From Mobula birostris (Eukaryota): a stretch of 64,000 nucleotides of DNA. Both the position numbers and the translations under genes were made by a program. The notes beneath the pieces are model-generated. The model saw nothing but the letters and a program-made list of their open reading frames with translations. It had not been told where the DNA came from and ran no database searches. The DNA lies in the NCBI RefSeq assembly GCF_030028105.1, contig NC_092379.1, positions 21,925,309 to 21,989,308 on the forward strand, in the 5' to 3' direction. Positions 49,770 through 63,855 of the stretch are shown here, piece after piece (the stretch's first letter is position 1; each line of letters begins with the position of its first letter).

Positions 49770-52510
49770 GTTACACTGGGGTAAAGGGAATTACAGAGTC
49801 ATGAGAGAGGAGCTAGCCAACATTGAATGGAAGGGGACACTAACAGAGATGATGGCAGAGGAGCAATGGCAAGTATTCTGGAGGAAGGATGACATCCCAT
49901 GGCTGACAAGGGAAGTCAAAGACAACAGAAAAGCAAAAGAAAGGGCATATAATAGAGCAACAACTAGTGGGGAGTTAGGGGATTGGGATGCTTTAAAAAA
50001 CCAACAGAAGGCAACTAAAAAGCCATAAGGAGAGAAAAGATGAAATGTGAAGGTAAACTCACCAATAATATCAAAGGGGATACCAAAAGATTTTTCAGAT
50101 ATAGAAAGTGTGAAAGTGAGGTGAGAATAGATAGCAGAACACTGGAAAATAACACTGGAGATGCAGTGATGGAGGATAAGGAAATGGCAGACAAACTGAA
50201 TAAATATTTTCCATCAGTCTTCACTGGAGAACACACTAGCAGTTTGCCAGAGGTTTGAGAGTGTCATGGGGCATAAGGGAAAAGGTGCCTGAGAAGCTGA
50301 AAGGTCTGAAGGTAAATAAACGACCTGGGACAGATGGACTACACCCTGGATTTCAGAAAGAGGCGGGTGAAGAGATTGTGAAGATATTAGCAGTGATTTT
50401 TCAAGAATCACTAGATTCTGGCATGGTTCTAGAGGACTGGAAAGTTGCAAATGTCAGTCCACTCTTCAAGAAAGGAGAGAGGCAGAAGAAAGAACGTTAT
50501 AGGTCAGTTAGTGTGGCCTGAATGACTGGGAAGATATTGGAGTTGATTGTTGGGGATGAAGTTTCAAGGTCTTTGAAGGCATGTAATAAAATGGCCAAGT
50601 CAGCATGGTTTCCTTAAGAGGAAATCTTGTCTGACAAATCCATTGGAATTCTTTGAGGAAATAACAAACAGGATAGACAAAGGAGAGTTGGTGGATATTG
50701 TGTTCTTGGATTTTAAAAAGGCCTTTGACAAAGTGCCACACATGAGGCTGCTTAGTAAGATAAGAACCATGTTATTACAGGAAAGATGCTAGCATGGATA
50801 GAGCATTGGCTGACTGGCAGGAGGCAGAGAGTGGGAATAAAGGGAACCTTCTCTGATTGGCTGCCAGTGACTAATGGTGTTCTGTATGGTTGGTACTGGG
50901 ACCGCTTTTTTTTACATCGTGTGAATGACTTGGATGACAGAATTGATGGCTTTTTGGTCAAGTTTGCGGACAATACGAATATACATAGGTGGAGGGGCAG
51001 GTAGTGTTGAGGAAGTAGGTAGGTTGCAGGAAGAATTTAGATTAGGAAAATGGGCAAAGAAATAGCAGATGGAATATACTGTTGGGAAGTGTATAGTCAT
51101 GCACCTTGGTAGAAGGAATAAAAGTGTAAACTATTTTCTAAACGGGGAGAATACTCAAAAATAAGGAGGAGAAGATGGCGGTGTAACGCAGCACATGCGG
51201 CCTCTCTGGTGAAATAATATCCTATTTGTTAAATAGGGGCCGTGCACAATCCTGATTTGATGGAGACAGACGAGAGAAGCACAGAGGAACAACTGGAGAA
51301 ACTTCTGAAATGCCTGGCTCACTGCCGCTGCTACTGTGCGATCGAGAATCTCCAGAGGGAAGGCCCCAGATCCTCGGCTTTGCCTGTTGCTGGTGGCTGG
51401 GTCTAGGATCAAAGCGCTCAGCAGAGATGGTGCTCGGTGCTCGGTGTCGGAGGGCTGGTCAGAGGCTCAAAGTTTTCAGATGGACTGAGAGTCGGGTGCT
51501 TCTAGGATGCTGCACTGGCAAGTTTGCGGCGCTGGAAGCTCATGGCAGGGAGAGCTTTCTTCCTTCTACCGTCTGCGTGAGATGTTGGGACATTCGAGAG
51601 ACTTCGAGACTTTTTCTTACCATGCCCATTGTCTGTTCCTCTATCAAATTACGGTATTGCTTGCACTGTTACAAATATATGTTATAATTATGTGGTTTTT
51701 GTCAGTTTTTCAATCTTGGTCTGTCTTGTATTTCCATGATATCACACTGGAGGAACATTGTATCATTTCTTAATGCATGCATTACTAAATGACAATAAAA
51801 AGAGGACTGCGTGATAATCTAATCTAATCTAAAATACAATATACAAAGGGACTTCAAAGGGACTTAGGAGTTCTGGTGAAGAATTCCCTAAAGTTCAAAT
51901 TGTAGGTCAGTGGTGAGGAAAGCAATTGCAATGTTACCATTCATTTCAGATGCTAGAATATAAAAACAAGGATGTAATTCTGGGGCTTTATAAGGCATTG
52001 ATGCAGCCTCACTTGGAGTATTGAGAGCAGCTTTGGGCCCCTTATCTAAGTAAGGATGTGTTGACATTGGACAGAGTTCGAAGGAGGTTCATGAAAATGA
52101 CTCCTGGATTGAAAGGCTTATCATATGCGGAACATTTGATAGCTCTGGGTCTGTACTCGCTGGAATTGAGAAGAATGGCGGGGAGGATCTGATTGATATC
52201 TATCGAATGCTGAAAGGCCTAGATAAGAATGCATGTGCAGAGGATGTTTCCCATGGTAGGGGAGTTTAGGACCAAAGGGTACAACTTCAGAATAGAAGGA
52301 CGACCATTTAAAACAGAGATGAGGAACAATTTCTATAACAATTAGGGCGGCCAGGTCACTGAGTGTGTTTAAAATGGAGGTTGATAAATTCTGGATAAGT
52401 CAGGGTGTGAAAGATTATGGGGAGAAGGGAAGAGAATGGGGTTGAGAGGGAAATGGATCAGCCATCATCAAATGGCGGATCAGACCCAATCAGCTGAATG
52501 GCCTCGTTCT
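49770..52510 (+). mobile_element. Degraded CR1 LINE ORF2 to 3' end, interrupted by a short retroelement at about 51165-51830 with an (AATCT)n tail
   Basis: RT fragments KRPGTDGLHP..KE, WKVANVSPLFKKG, LAWIEHWLTGRRQRVGI. Confidence 0.8.
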
Positions 52511-54569
52511 GCTCCAATATGTCACTGAAAGTGGAGTCACATGTAGTCAGGGTGGTGTAGAAGATTGTTGGTATTGTGTATATAAATTGGGAGCACATGG
52601 TGGGATTGTACAAGGTGCTGGTGAGGTTGTATTTGGAGTATTTTGTTCAGTCTTTATCCATCCTGCTGGTGAAAAGATGTTATTAATCTGGAAAGAGTGC
52701 AGAAAAGATTTACAAGGATGTTGCCATGACTAAGTTAAAGGGAGAAGTTGTCTAGACTAGGACTTTCATTGGAATGAATGTACAAATTGCAGAACATATA
52801 ATTTATTCACAGTCGCTGTGAGGAGTCAAAATAACGTGAGATGGATGTCTTTCTTCTACTGTCTTTGATTATTAAATCTCTAACAATCTCCAGCTTAGAT
52901 CCGGTGAAAACTCTGGCTTGCAGGAGATTGAGTGGTAATTTTATAGAGATGCATAAAATGATGAGGGCAATCGATAGGAAAAGTTCCCACAAAATGTTGT
53001 CAATGTGACGAGCTTGGATGGGCATTTTAGTCAACAAGGAGAAATTGGGCCGAAGGGCCTATTTCCATGATCCTCGACTCTCTGACTCTACAAATACAAG
53101 TGCAATTTACCGTAGGCAATTAACCTACCAACAATCATGCATTTAGGATGTGGAACAAAGACATATTTCAATGTGACATATTCATCTGAGGAGCTCCTTC
53201 AGACTCAGGAACTGTGACCCACATCTGCCGCCCTCTCTGTCTGACTGATACACTGACACCCAGTGGCTGTCGGTCAGTATTACAACAGTCAGTTTGACTG
53301 AAGTCTGAATATTTGGAGGTGTTCCTCTGACCCCCAGTGGTTGCAGTTTATCACTGCAAGGTGACAAACGCTTCCAGTCAGATTGACTTCAATCCAGACA
53401 CAAGAGTCTGTAAATGCTGGGATCTGGAGCTGCACGCAATCTACTGGAGAAACTCAGAGGGTTGAGCAACATTAATGGAAAGAAGCTGTGGAATCTCTGA
53501 ATGAGGACAGTCCAGGAGCATCTGGGTTGACACAGACAGAATGAAATTACTGAAGTAAAGAAAACCTGCTGATGTTGCAAATCAGAAGGAAAAACTCTTG
53601 GAGGCACTGGACAGGCAATATACATTGTACATCAGTAGTGGAGGGAATGAAATGGAGTGTCAGTGAGTAGACCAGATACTGTATATCTCCAAATGTGCCA
53701 ACTCATGGATGTCAAAAATCGTCAACACAGCTGTGAAATAGTAAAAACAGAGTCCAATGAACAAGAGCTCAGATCAAAGCTCTATTGAAGATACCATATA
53801 AATGCAAATTATTTCAAGGTAATGATGCATTGACAGAAAAAGATTGAGAGAAAGCAGGAATTGTATAAAATGTCCTAACAGTGAGATACTAAGTAATGAA
53901 TGAAAACCCTGTCCTTTCCCTGTCTGTCACTTTCAGTGTGACAAATTCATCTGAAGAGCTCCTGTAGTCTCAGGGCCTTCTGGCGCAGTGGAATCCTCCT
54001 GTGCACTGCTTCACCCACACCGTCCAGCAGTGTTTCTGTACCTGACTGTTACACTGACACCCAGAGACTGTCATTTACTATTACAGCAGCCAGTTTATCT
54101 GAATCCTCAATATCTGGAAGTGTTCTTCTTGACTCCTAGTGGTTGCAGTTATTATTGCAGGGTAACAAATTGTTCGAATCAAATTGGCTTCAGACAAAAT
54201 TAGCATCTGAACTCCAACAGGAAGAATGAAATCATCACTGAAAGACAACTAACTGCACACATTGCAAATAGGAGATAAAAACTACTGAAATTACAGGACA
54301 GGCAGTATCTGTGCAGAGAAACAAACTAATATTACAAGCCTTTCACCAGAGCAGTGGAAATTAGATATTTTAAGGTTGAAAACAAAGTGCAGTTTCAGAA
54401 AAAAGTCCACCTCACTCTAACGTGCCCTGTCCACGATGACCAAGAGACCATGGGACTGCTACTTGATCTCCCTTAAAATTTGCTTGTCAGAAATAAACAA
54501 TTCCCCTGGGGTCACGTAGGGGTTGGGGAGTTTGGAAAGAATGATGTGCATGAGAGGATCTGGGTAAAT

Positions 54570-55500
54570 CAGGATGAGAGAGAAAAAGGGACAGAAGAGG
54601 AGAAGTTGACCTGAAATTGGAGAGTTCAATATTCTTTATATCGGATTGTAGATAACTCAAGTGGAATATGAGATTCTATTCCTCTGGCTCGCTTTAGCCT
54701 CACTGTTGCACTGAATGATTCCAAGGCTTGGTGTGGCAATGGGGAGAGGAATTGAAATGGCTGCAAGTGGGAGCTATCGATGGTCATTGTGTCTGGAGTG
54801 CAGGTATTTGTTAAAGTGGTTCCCTAGTCGGCATTTGGGTCACCGTGAGAGCACTGAATGCAATAGTCAACAATGAATGAGGTGCCTGGAGATCTGAGCC
54901 TCACTGGAAAGACTGTTTCAGTGATTCAGTAGTGGTGAGGAGGTGTAGGGACAGGTGTTACACCATCACCAATTGCAGGGGAAATGCCTGGGGAGGGTGA
55001 GTTGTCAACAAACCAGTGAATCACAGAGAGGGTGGTCCCCGTGGAGAGCAAATAGGTGGGGAGGGGAAGATGTGACTAATGGTTGGATCACATTGTCGCT
55101 GTTGGAAATGTGTAGAATGAATTGCTGGAGGTGAAGCCTGGTGGGATGAGATATGAGGAAACTCTCTCACTGTTCTGTCTGAGGGAGATGGATTCAGTGC
55201 AGAACTGCTGGAAATGGAGGAGATGTGGGTCGGGTCTCTCAACCACAGCATGAGAGTGAGCTGAAAGCTGCTGCTCTTTCTGAAAAGGCGACATTTCAGA
55301 TGTCCTGAAGAACAGATTCTGCAGAGATAGTAAAACTGAGAGAAAGGAATGGCATCCGTACATGAAAGAATATGATCAGAAGTGTCGTTCTGGTGGTTAT
55401 GGGATTTAATCATTTTGTAGTAATTGTAAATGGACCAAGAAAGGGGAAGTTGATGTCAGAAATGGTCCAAGTGAATCTGAGGCTTTTGAGGGAAATGGGT
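54570..55500 (-). mobile_element. Penelope-like element remnant
   Basis: ORF 55021-55413 has DAIPFSQF...RICS and DPTISHIFPSPP, motifs I recognise from fish Penelope-like elements. Confidence 0.6.
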
Positions 55501-56559
55501 AATCAACATTTTGGATGAAGGCTTTTCACCCGAACTGAGAGTGGAACAGAGATCACCAGTATAAAGAGGTGAGAGAGTGGGCTGGGACCAGAGCTAGTTA
55601 TCTTTGGATCTCCTTTAGTGAAGTGGGATCCCAGATGTCTGCAAAATTGCTCATGTTTTTCTTTGTACAAGGGCAATCTGTTTCTCTGGATCACTTACCT
55701 GCCCTCTCTATTACCATTGCAAAGTCAGTGCTACAGTGCCTCAAAAAATTTATTCACAGCAATTTCAAACTAAGTGGAAAAACATCCAGCAGTGAACTGT
55801 TAATTTCAGCCTAATGAACACAGAGACACTGTGTTCAAAGCCACCCACTGGTGAGGGGTTAACGTACACACATTGAAGGATTGGTCCAGGCACGTTGTGA
55901 AAGTCAGTGATGCCCTAGCAAGTTGCATAGAATCCTCTCACTTCAGCTGATGGAGAGTGTCCCGAGGAAGAAGTCCAAGAACTGCTAACCTGCTTGCAAT
56001 CCTGACAAATCATTAAGCAACACACACAAAATACTGGAGGAACTCAGCAGGTCAGGTCCATTGATGCTGCCAGGTACTCACTACTCTCAGTGTAAAGTTA
56101 ACTCTCAGATCTCTTTTTAATCTCTGCCCTCTTATCTTCTATTAGTACTGTCCCGTGTTGGACTCCCCAACCCTGAAGAAAAGCCTATGACCATCCACCA
56201 TTCCATACCCCTCATGATTTTACAAACTTCTGAGGTTGTCCCAGATTCTCCTCTGCTCCCGATAATAAAGAATCAGCGTGGCTTGCCTCACCCTATAACT
56301 CAGACCCTCCAGTCCAGACAGCATCCTTGTACATCTCTTCTGTACCATTTCCAGCCTGACAATGTCTTTCCTATATCAGAGTGACCAAAACTGTACACAA
56401 TACTCTGAGTGCGGCCTCATCAACGATTTACATAACTGCCACATAATCTCCCTGACTGATGAAGGCCAGCATGGTAAATGCCTTCTTCACCACCTTGTCA
56501 TCTCCTCACAAACTCCATCAGCACAGTTACACCACAAGCTTGTGTGCTTAGCCCCCTGC

Positions 56560-57510
56560 TCCACTCGCTTTACACTCAGCATAACTTCAATGCCATGTAT
56601 ACACTTGCTGATGACACCTCTGTCGTAGGCTGAATTAAAAATGGTGACAAATCAACAGATAGGAGAGAGATTGAAAATCTGTCTGAGTGGTGCAACAACA
56701 ACCTATCACTCCATGTCAACAAGATCAAGGAGAGGATTTGCCTTCAGGAGGAGGAAACCAGAAGTCCAAGAGTCCTCATCAGGGGATCAGAGGTGGAGAG
56801 GTTCAGCAACTTTAAATTCCTCAGTGTAAGTGTCATTATAAAGAAAGCATGGCAGTGACTCTACTTTCTCACCAGTTTGCAAAGATTTGGCATGACATCG
56901 AAAATGTTGACAAATTTCTATATTTGTGTGGTGGAGAGTATATTGACTGGTTGCATTATGGACTGGTATGGAAACACCAATCCTGTTGAATGGAAAGGTC
57001 CAGTCCATTATGTGTAAAGCCCTCCCTACCACTGAGCACATATACAAGGAGTGCTGTCACAGGAAAGCAACCTCCATCATTGATGACCCACACCATCCAG
57101 ACAATGTTCTCTTCTCAGAAAGGAGGTGCAGGAACCTCAGGATCTGCACCACCAGGTTCAGGAATAGTTATTAACACTCAACCATCAGACTCTTGAATCA
57201 GAGGGATATCTTCACTTAACTTCTCTTGCCCCATCACTGAACTGTTCCCACAAACTTTGGACTGATTTTCAAGGACTCTTATGTTCTCAATATTTATTGT
57301 TTATTTATTATTATATTTTTTATTTAATATTTTTTTTCCTTTCGGTATTTGCACACTTGTCTTTTGCACATTGGTTGTTCATCTGTCCTGTTGGATGCAG
57401 TCTTTCATGGATTATGCTTTGTTTCTTGTATTTACAGTGATTGCCTGCAAGAAAATGAATCTTAGGGTGTTAATTGTGACACGTATGTATGTACTTTGAT
57501 AAAAAAAAAA
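56560..57510 (+). mobile_element. Rex/Babar-like LINE 3' fragment
   Basis: FYICVVESILTGCIMDWYGNT... motif, with an A-rich tail after gtactttgat. Confidence 0.75.
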
Positions 57511-59222
57511 TTACCTTGAATTTTGAACTTGTGTTGCTGATTTCAGTGAACTGTGTACTAGGACTTGCAGGTCCCTCTGTTCTACAATACTCATCAGTGC
57601 CCTGCCATTTACTGTACAAGTCCTTCCCTGTTTGACTGTCAAAAAATGCATCACCTCACTTTGATCTAATTTGCTATTCCTTAGCCCTTGTCTCAAACAG
57701 ATCAAGATCTTTTTGCAAATCAAGGTAACCTACTTCACTATCAACAAGACCCCCTCATTTAGCATCATCAGCAAACTTGAATTGTGCCTTGTACATTGAC
57801 ATTCCAAATAATTTGCACAAATCATGAGTATCAGAGGTACCAATATTGACCCCTGGTGATCACGAGTCACAGTCCACCAGTCAAAGAATCGATCTTCAAC
57901 CACCACCCCTCTGCTTTCTATCATCATTAAACACACAGGCGAGCGTGATGGTCTTTCAAAGGATGCAGTCTCTCTATAGTCAACCTTTTACTGTTAAGGT
58001 AGCTGATGAACCTTGGTATCAACCTTGCCTGCCAAATCTATCTCATGGCCTCTTTTTGCCCTCCTGTTTTCTCTCTTAAGCCTGGTCCTAATCTTTTTAC
58101 ATTCATCAAGGGATTCATTCACACCCAGCTGCCTAAACACATTGTACACTTCCTTTTTTTCATTACTAGAGCATTGATATCTTTTGCCAGCCAGGGTTTC
58201 CAGAATTGGGTATGTCTACCATTCACACCAACAGGAACATGCTGCCTTCTGGACTCTTGATATCGCCCTTTTAAAATCTCCCACTTGCCAACTATTCCTT
58301 TGTCTTCATTTAAATGGAGTCAGCCTTGCTGCAGTTAAGGACTTTACCATGTGGACCTATCTGTTAGGAAAATGATAGATCCTATGGTTCTCTCTTTTTT
58401 CCATTATTAATTTAAAACGAGAATTCTAGAATTGTGGTCACTAGACTCCCCAACTTACACTTGTTACTTGACCCACCTTTTGCCTAAGAGGAGGTTCAGT
58501 AGGACTCCTTCCCAAATAGGTTCTTGAACACCCCACAAAAATTGGACCCCATCCAGGCCCTTTGCACTCTGGATGACCCAGGTGACACCAGGATATTTGA
58601 CATTTACTTTGAGCACTACCCTACTATTTTCACAATTATGTGTAATTTCTCCACACGTCTCTGCTCCTTGAGTTTCCACTGACTACTGGGGGATTTCTAA
58701 TTAGCCAGACCAAGGTGACCATCCACTTTTATTTCTAAGTTCTACCCAAATACCCTCATTACATCATCCCTCAAGAATGTTCACTCTAAGCACTGTTGTT
58801 ATGTCATCTGTTACCAAAGGACAACACCCTCTCCAGTCTTATCTGTTCCTTCGTCATGCCAAAAGCATCGGTATCCCTGAACACTGTGCTGCCCCTCTCT
58901 CAACCACATTTCTGTTCTGGCCACAATATTCCAGTTACTAGAAACAATTCACAGTCCTCTCATTTCATCCATCCTACCTGTTAAGATAAGTGTACGGAAC
59001 GAGATATAATGTAAGTCAGTGGTCTGATCTGAAACTTCACTGTAAACATGGCTATCCTGATTGTGTGTGAACACTCTTTGGATGCTGAATATACCCCTGT
59101 CTACTCATGGACTTCACTCCCTTGTGTCCCACACCCCCGACAATCTAGTTTAAATCCTCCCTTGTTGTTACTATATACTACCCTGAAATTCATTTTCTTG
59201 AAGCATTGGAGTAAATACAAAG

Positions 59223-60073
59223 TGTTACATACCCCGTAACTGGGTTGCCAAACCAGCAGAAATGGATCACTCAGTTGGAGTCTGGATTACTAGAACTAAG
59301 AAAGTGTTATTAAAGAAACAAGCAACACAGTAATCGAAAGGATAATAAATGCAACAGTTCAGCAATGATAAACTCACATGTGCACAGAATTAAGATAACA
59401 GCATCAATCAAGCTCTATCGTTGTCTAGGGGTAAATGACCAATTTCAAAGTGACACAAAAGTCCAGTTCGATTTAATAGTTCAGTTCGCAGTAATTGTTG
59501 CCATGGCGATGGACAACGTGGGAGGGAGAGAGAGAGAGAGAACGAGAACGACTGATCATTCAGACACGGCTTCCACTCACAGACCGGCGATATTGCTCAC
59601 AAGCAGCTTTCGGGCGGGTCCTTTGTGATGTCACCTGAGGTCACCGACTGTGACCCCTCCTCCAGATGCGGTCGATCCTCTGCAGTGAACCCGGCACCCA
59701 AGCGAGGGTGGACACACACCGGGTTCCCGCTGATCGTACCTTTCCATCCTGTGCGTTTAAGGACCGGTACTTCCCACCGACTCGTGAGAGGCGCACCGCT
59801 TCCAGGTTCTCGTTACCTCGCGTGTCGTGTGTGTGTCCTGCCTTAGCGAACCTGTCCCTTTTTATCCCCCTGCTGGGGTATCGCCTGTCCATCACTTCAA
59901 ACAGTTCAGGGTTCAAAGGGGGAGCCGCTCCAGACAGCTCTCTCTCCCGTCCCTTCATTACACATCTCCAGATGCTGCTTCATTGTTCCTTATCTCTCCT
60001 TCCCCTGAGGACAGGTGGCAGACCAACTGCTGATCTCACAGGACAGCTAACATCTATGTGTATTCTCGTCACA
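59223..60073 (-). mobile_element. Solo LTR of a second family, 851 bp, 4-bp TSD AAAG
   Basis: + strand TGTTAC...GTCACA termini, AAAG at 59219-59222 and 60074-60077, CpG-rich body. The orientation is inferred. Confidence 0.82.
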
Positions 60074-60542
60074 AAAGAAACACAATCATATCAATGAAAA
60101 ACCACACACATACCAGTCAAGCAACCGATGAACAAAGGACAACAAACTGCAAATACTAAATGAAAAAAAGAAAGAAACAAAATAAGAATAATAAACAAAT
60201 AAGCAATAAATATCAAGAAAATGAGATGAAGAGCCCTTGAAACTGAGAGCATAGGTTACAGGAACAGTTCAGTGTTGGGGTGAGTGAAGTTATCTCAGTT
60301 GGTTCAATGACCTGATGGTGAGGGATAATAACTGTTCCTGAACCTAGTGGTGTCCGTCCTCAGACCCCTGTACCTCCTTCCAAAGAAGAGAATATGTCCA
60401 GGATGGAGTAAGTCCTTGATGATGGAGCTGTTTTCCCATGACAGCACTCCTTGTAGACATGCTCAATGGTGGGGAGGGCTTTACCCACAATGGACCTGGT
60501 TGTATCCATTACTTTTTGCAGGCTTTTGCATTCAAGGGTATC

Positions 60543-61382
60543 ATAGAAACATAGAAACATAGAAAATAGGTGCAGGAGTAGGCCATTCGGCCCTTTGAGC
60601 CTGCACCACTATTTATTATGATCATGGCTGATCATCCAACTCAGAACCCCACCCCAGCCTTCCCTCCATACCCCCTGATCCCCGTAGCCACAAGGGCCAT
60701 ATCTAACTCCCTCTTAAATATAGCCAATGTACTGGCCTCAACTGCTTCCTGTGGCAGAGAATTCCACAGATTCACCACTCTCTGAGTGAAGAAGTTTTTC
60801 CTAATCTCGGTCCTAAAAGGCTTCCCCTTTATCCTCAAACTGTGACCCCTTGTTCTGGACTTCCCCAACATCGGGAACAATCTTCCTGCATCTAGCCTGT
60901 CCAATCCCTTTAGGATTTTATATATTTCAATCAGATACCCCCTCAATCTTCTAAATTCCAACGAGTATAAGCCCAGTTCATCCAGTCTTTCTTCATATGA
61001 AAGTTCTGCCATCCCAGGAATCAATCTGGTGAACCTTCTTTGTACTCCCTCTATGGCAAGGATGTCTTTCCTCAGATTAGGGGACCAAAACTGCACACAA
61101 TACTCCAGGTGTGGTCTCACCAAGGCCTTGTACAACTGCAGTAGTACATCCCTGCTCCTATACTCAAATCCTCTCACTATAAATACCAGCATACCATTCA
61201 CCTTTTTCACCGCCTGCTGTACCTGCATGCCCACTTTCAATGACTGGTGTATAATGACACCCAGGTCTCGTTGCACCTCCCCTTTTCCTAATAGCCCACC
61301 ATTCAGAAAATAATCTGTTTTCCTATTTTTGCTACCAAAGTGGATAACTTCACATTTATCCACATTAAATTGCATCTGCCAT
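60543..61382 (-). mobile_element. Young CR1 3' fragment (244-aa open RT end) inserted into a Rex/Babar-like remnant, 5-bp TSD GTATC
   Basis: ORF 60641-61375. GTATC at 60538-60542 and 61383-61387; the host LINE sequence resumes on both sides. Confidence 0.88.
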
Positions 61383-63129
61383 GTATCGGTGTTCCCAAAC
61401 TAGGCAACGATGGAACCAATACTGTCTCCACAGTGCAGTGATAGAATTCTGACCATGTTTTTTGTAATATTCTGGTTCATATATTTTACTATTATGCTCT
61501 ATGTATTTCACTTTGTGTAGCTCTATAAGAGCTTTTTGTGTTGCTTTCAGCTTGTTTGGGTTAATGTTGAAGATAAGGGATGATGTGGAATGTGTGCCAT
61601 CCAATTAGCAAGAGGTTTTTCTTGGTGAGGGACAAGGTTGGTCTTGGGCTTTTGTTCGAGAGGAGATAAAGAGAGAAGATGCCGGGGAGAACTGTTTGTT
61701 CAAGATGGATTGCGAGTGACGTTTGGAAGGTGGTGTGTGCTTTCACATTGACCGAGGACCAAGCGCATGAGTGACCGAGAAGTTCAAGATGAACTCCAAC
61801 TGATGCACATTTGACTGTAAAATTAGAGTGGGCTCTTTTCTTTCTGTTGTTCATTAATAAGCCTTCAATTAAGATTCATAAACACAATTCCTTTAATTGT
61901 ATGCAGTGTACTGTTTGTTATTTTGTGACATTAAACTGTAACAGGGTAGCAAATGACACAGTGTTCACACAAACCAAAGTTTGGGGTGGGATCCAATGTG
62001 ACTCAATCTCTAAAGTTTGGCAGGGCTGGAGGTTGTCTTCACTAAACTTACGCAGCCAATTAAACCAGGGTGTTCCATTTTAGATGACACTGAATTTTCG
62101 CAAGCATCCAAGATACCTCTCAGTCTGTTGAGTATCCTCTCATGATGCCCAGTATGCCTACATGCTCATCCTTTGAGCTGAAGAGCCAGTCACATAGCCA
62201 GAGACCTGACCATTTCTGCTCGCCCTTGAAAGAACATTCCTCCTCGATATCATCTAAAGACATGTTCCTGTATTCAGCTGTAGATTTATCCTTACCTTCA
62301 TAAATCATCGCGTGTTATGTGCACTACTGTGATTTATACAGTGGTTCGGAGAAGCGTTGTCCCATTTCAATATACATTATATGGTTATATAAGTTATATA
62401 CATATATATAGTTAAATGACAATAAACTTGATGCGACTTGATGAAGTGAAGTTGAGTCGCTGGAATGTGAGAACCTGTGGAATCTCCAACAGCGAAAGAT
62501 ATGGGTGTCCCAATTTTGTTTTAGTCTTGAACACGAACGTTGATGTTGCAACCGTAGTGAGGGGTTAGGAGAAAGTCAGCTAAAGGAACAAGGTAACAGG
62601 TACGCATTATGGAAGGGTCATCTGGAAGGAAAACCTCTTCTACATAGGGTTGGATTAGCTGTGAAAGATGAGATATTTGTCCCAGTGGGCGGTGTTAACA
62701 GTGGTGTCAATCATGTTGAAAGGCAGCCAACACTGAAACAGCAGCACCTCGGGAACTCCAAGGAACTGCAAAGTGATACTAACTCAACAGCGACCTCTGG
62801 CGACTTAAGAGATAATGGCAGTAATGAGATAATCGGTCTGGCACCCTTGGCAGGACTTGCCTCAGTAAAAATTTAGAGAGTGAAAACACACAAGACTGAT
62901 GATAGAAAGGAAATAGGAGGTTTGTCATCAACCACTAGATCCCGAAAAAATTGATGAATGATCCAAGGAAGTTGTTGGGCTGAACTTCAGTGAATTAAGA
63001 ATATATCCAAATTGCATCCATATGTGGGCATTCAAATTTTAGTTACTATGCTATTAACTCAGTAAATAAACCAAACTCTATAAATAGTTTAGAGATGTAT
63101 AACATGCCAGAAAGCAAACTCCAGATTAA

Positions 63130-63855
63130 CAAAGAAGCTAACTCCACTGAGTACTCTTGCCCCTTCCAGTCCATTTTTACATCTACTGGTTGACTACATT
63201 ACTTTACCGAAGTGCAAAGGGATTTGAAATGTGTCAGTAATAATGGGCACATTTTCAAGATGGGTGGAAGCCATCCCAGCAAGAAAAGCTCCTGCCACAC
63301 ACACAGCCAAAACTCTGATTAAGAACTATAGTCCTAGATGGGGAATGTCATGCCACATTGACTCTGACCAAGGAACACATTTCACTGGAAATGTTTGTCA
63401 AGAATAGCATCATCAAACAACGGCTGACTAAGTATGAGGAGGAAGTCGTACCTGGGCCGACAGCTATTCCTTTGCTTTTATGCAGCATCAGGGCAACTCC
63501 AAACAAGAACACAAAACTGAGTCCATTTGAAGTGGCGATGGGGTGACCTATGTCACTGCTGGGTGGACTCGATCTCAGAGAGGCTAATGTACATTTTTTG
63601 TCAGATATTTTCGTTGACTATTGTTCAAAACCAACACAAGCTGTTCGGTCTGCTTCTCAACAGGTTTCTGTTGGTTGTGGTACATCCGAATGAGGACACA
63701 CTTCGATTCCTGGCGAGAGGGTCCTGGTCAAGGATCCGTATAAGTAACCCCTGGCAGCGTGGTTAGAAGGTCCTTACCAAATATTGTTAATTACCAATTC
63801 AGCAGTTAACGGAGAAGTCAAATGTAAGTGGATACACGCCAGCCACTGCAAATGA
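63130..63855 (+). mobile_element. Endogenous retrovirus pol remnant (integrase), class I (gamma/epsilon-like)
   Basis: Hand translation: PFLHLLVDYITLPKCKG*...FSRWVEAIP...PRWG...IDSDQGTHFTG; later SIRATPN..TKLSPFE; and LEGPYQILL.TNSAV...WIHASHCK*. Contains stops and deletions. Confidence 0.85.

Noticed and set aside
180-63766. The many 60-190 aa ORFs outside the Ig exons
   Set aside because: They are LINE/LTR fragments, antisense shadows of Ig exons or low-complexity frames; none supports a host gene.
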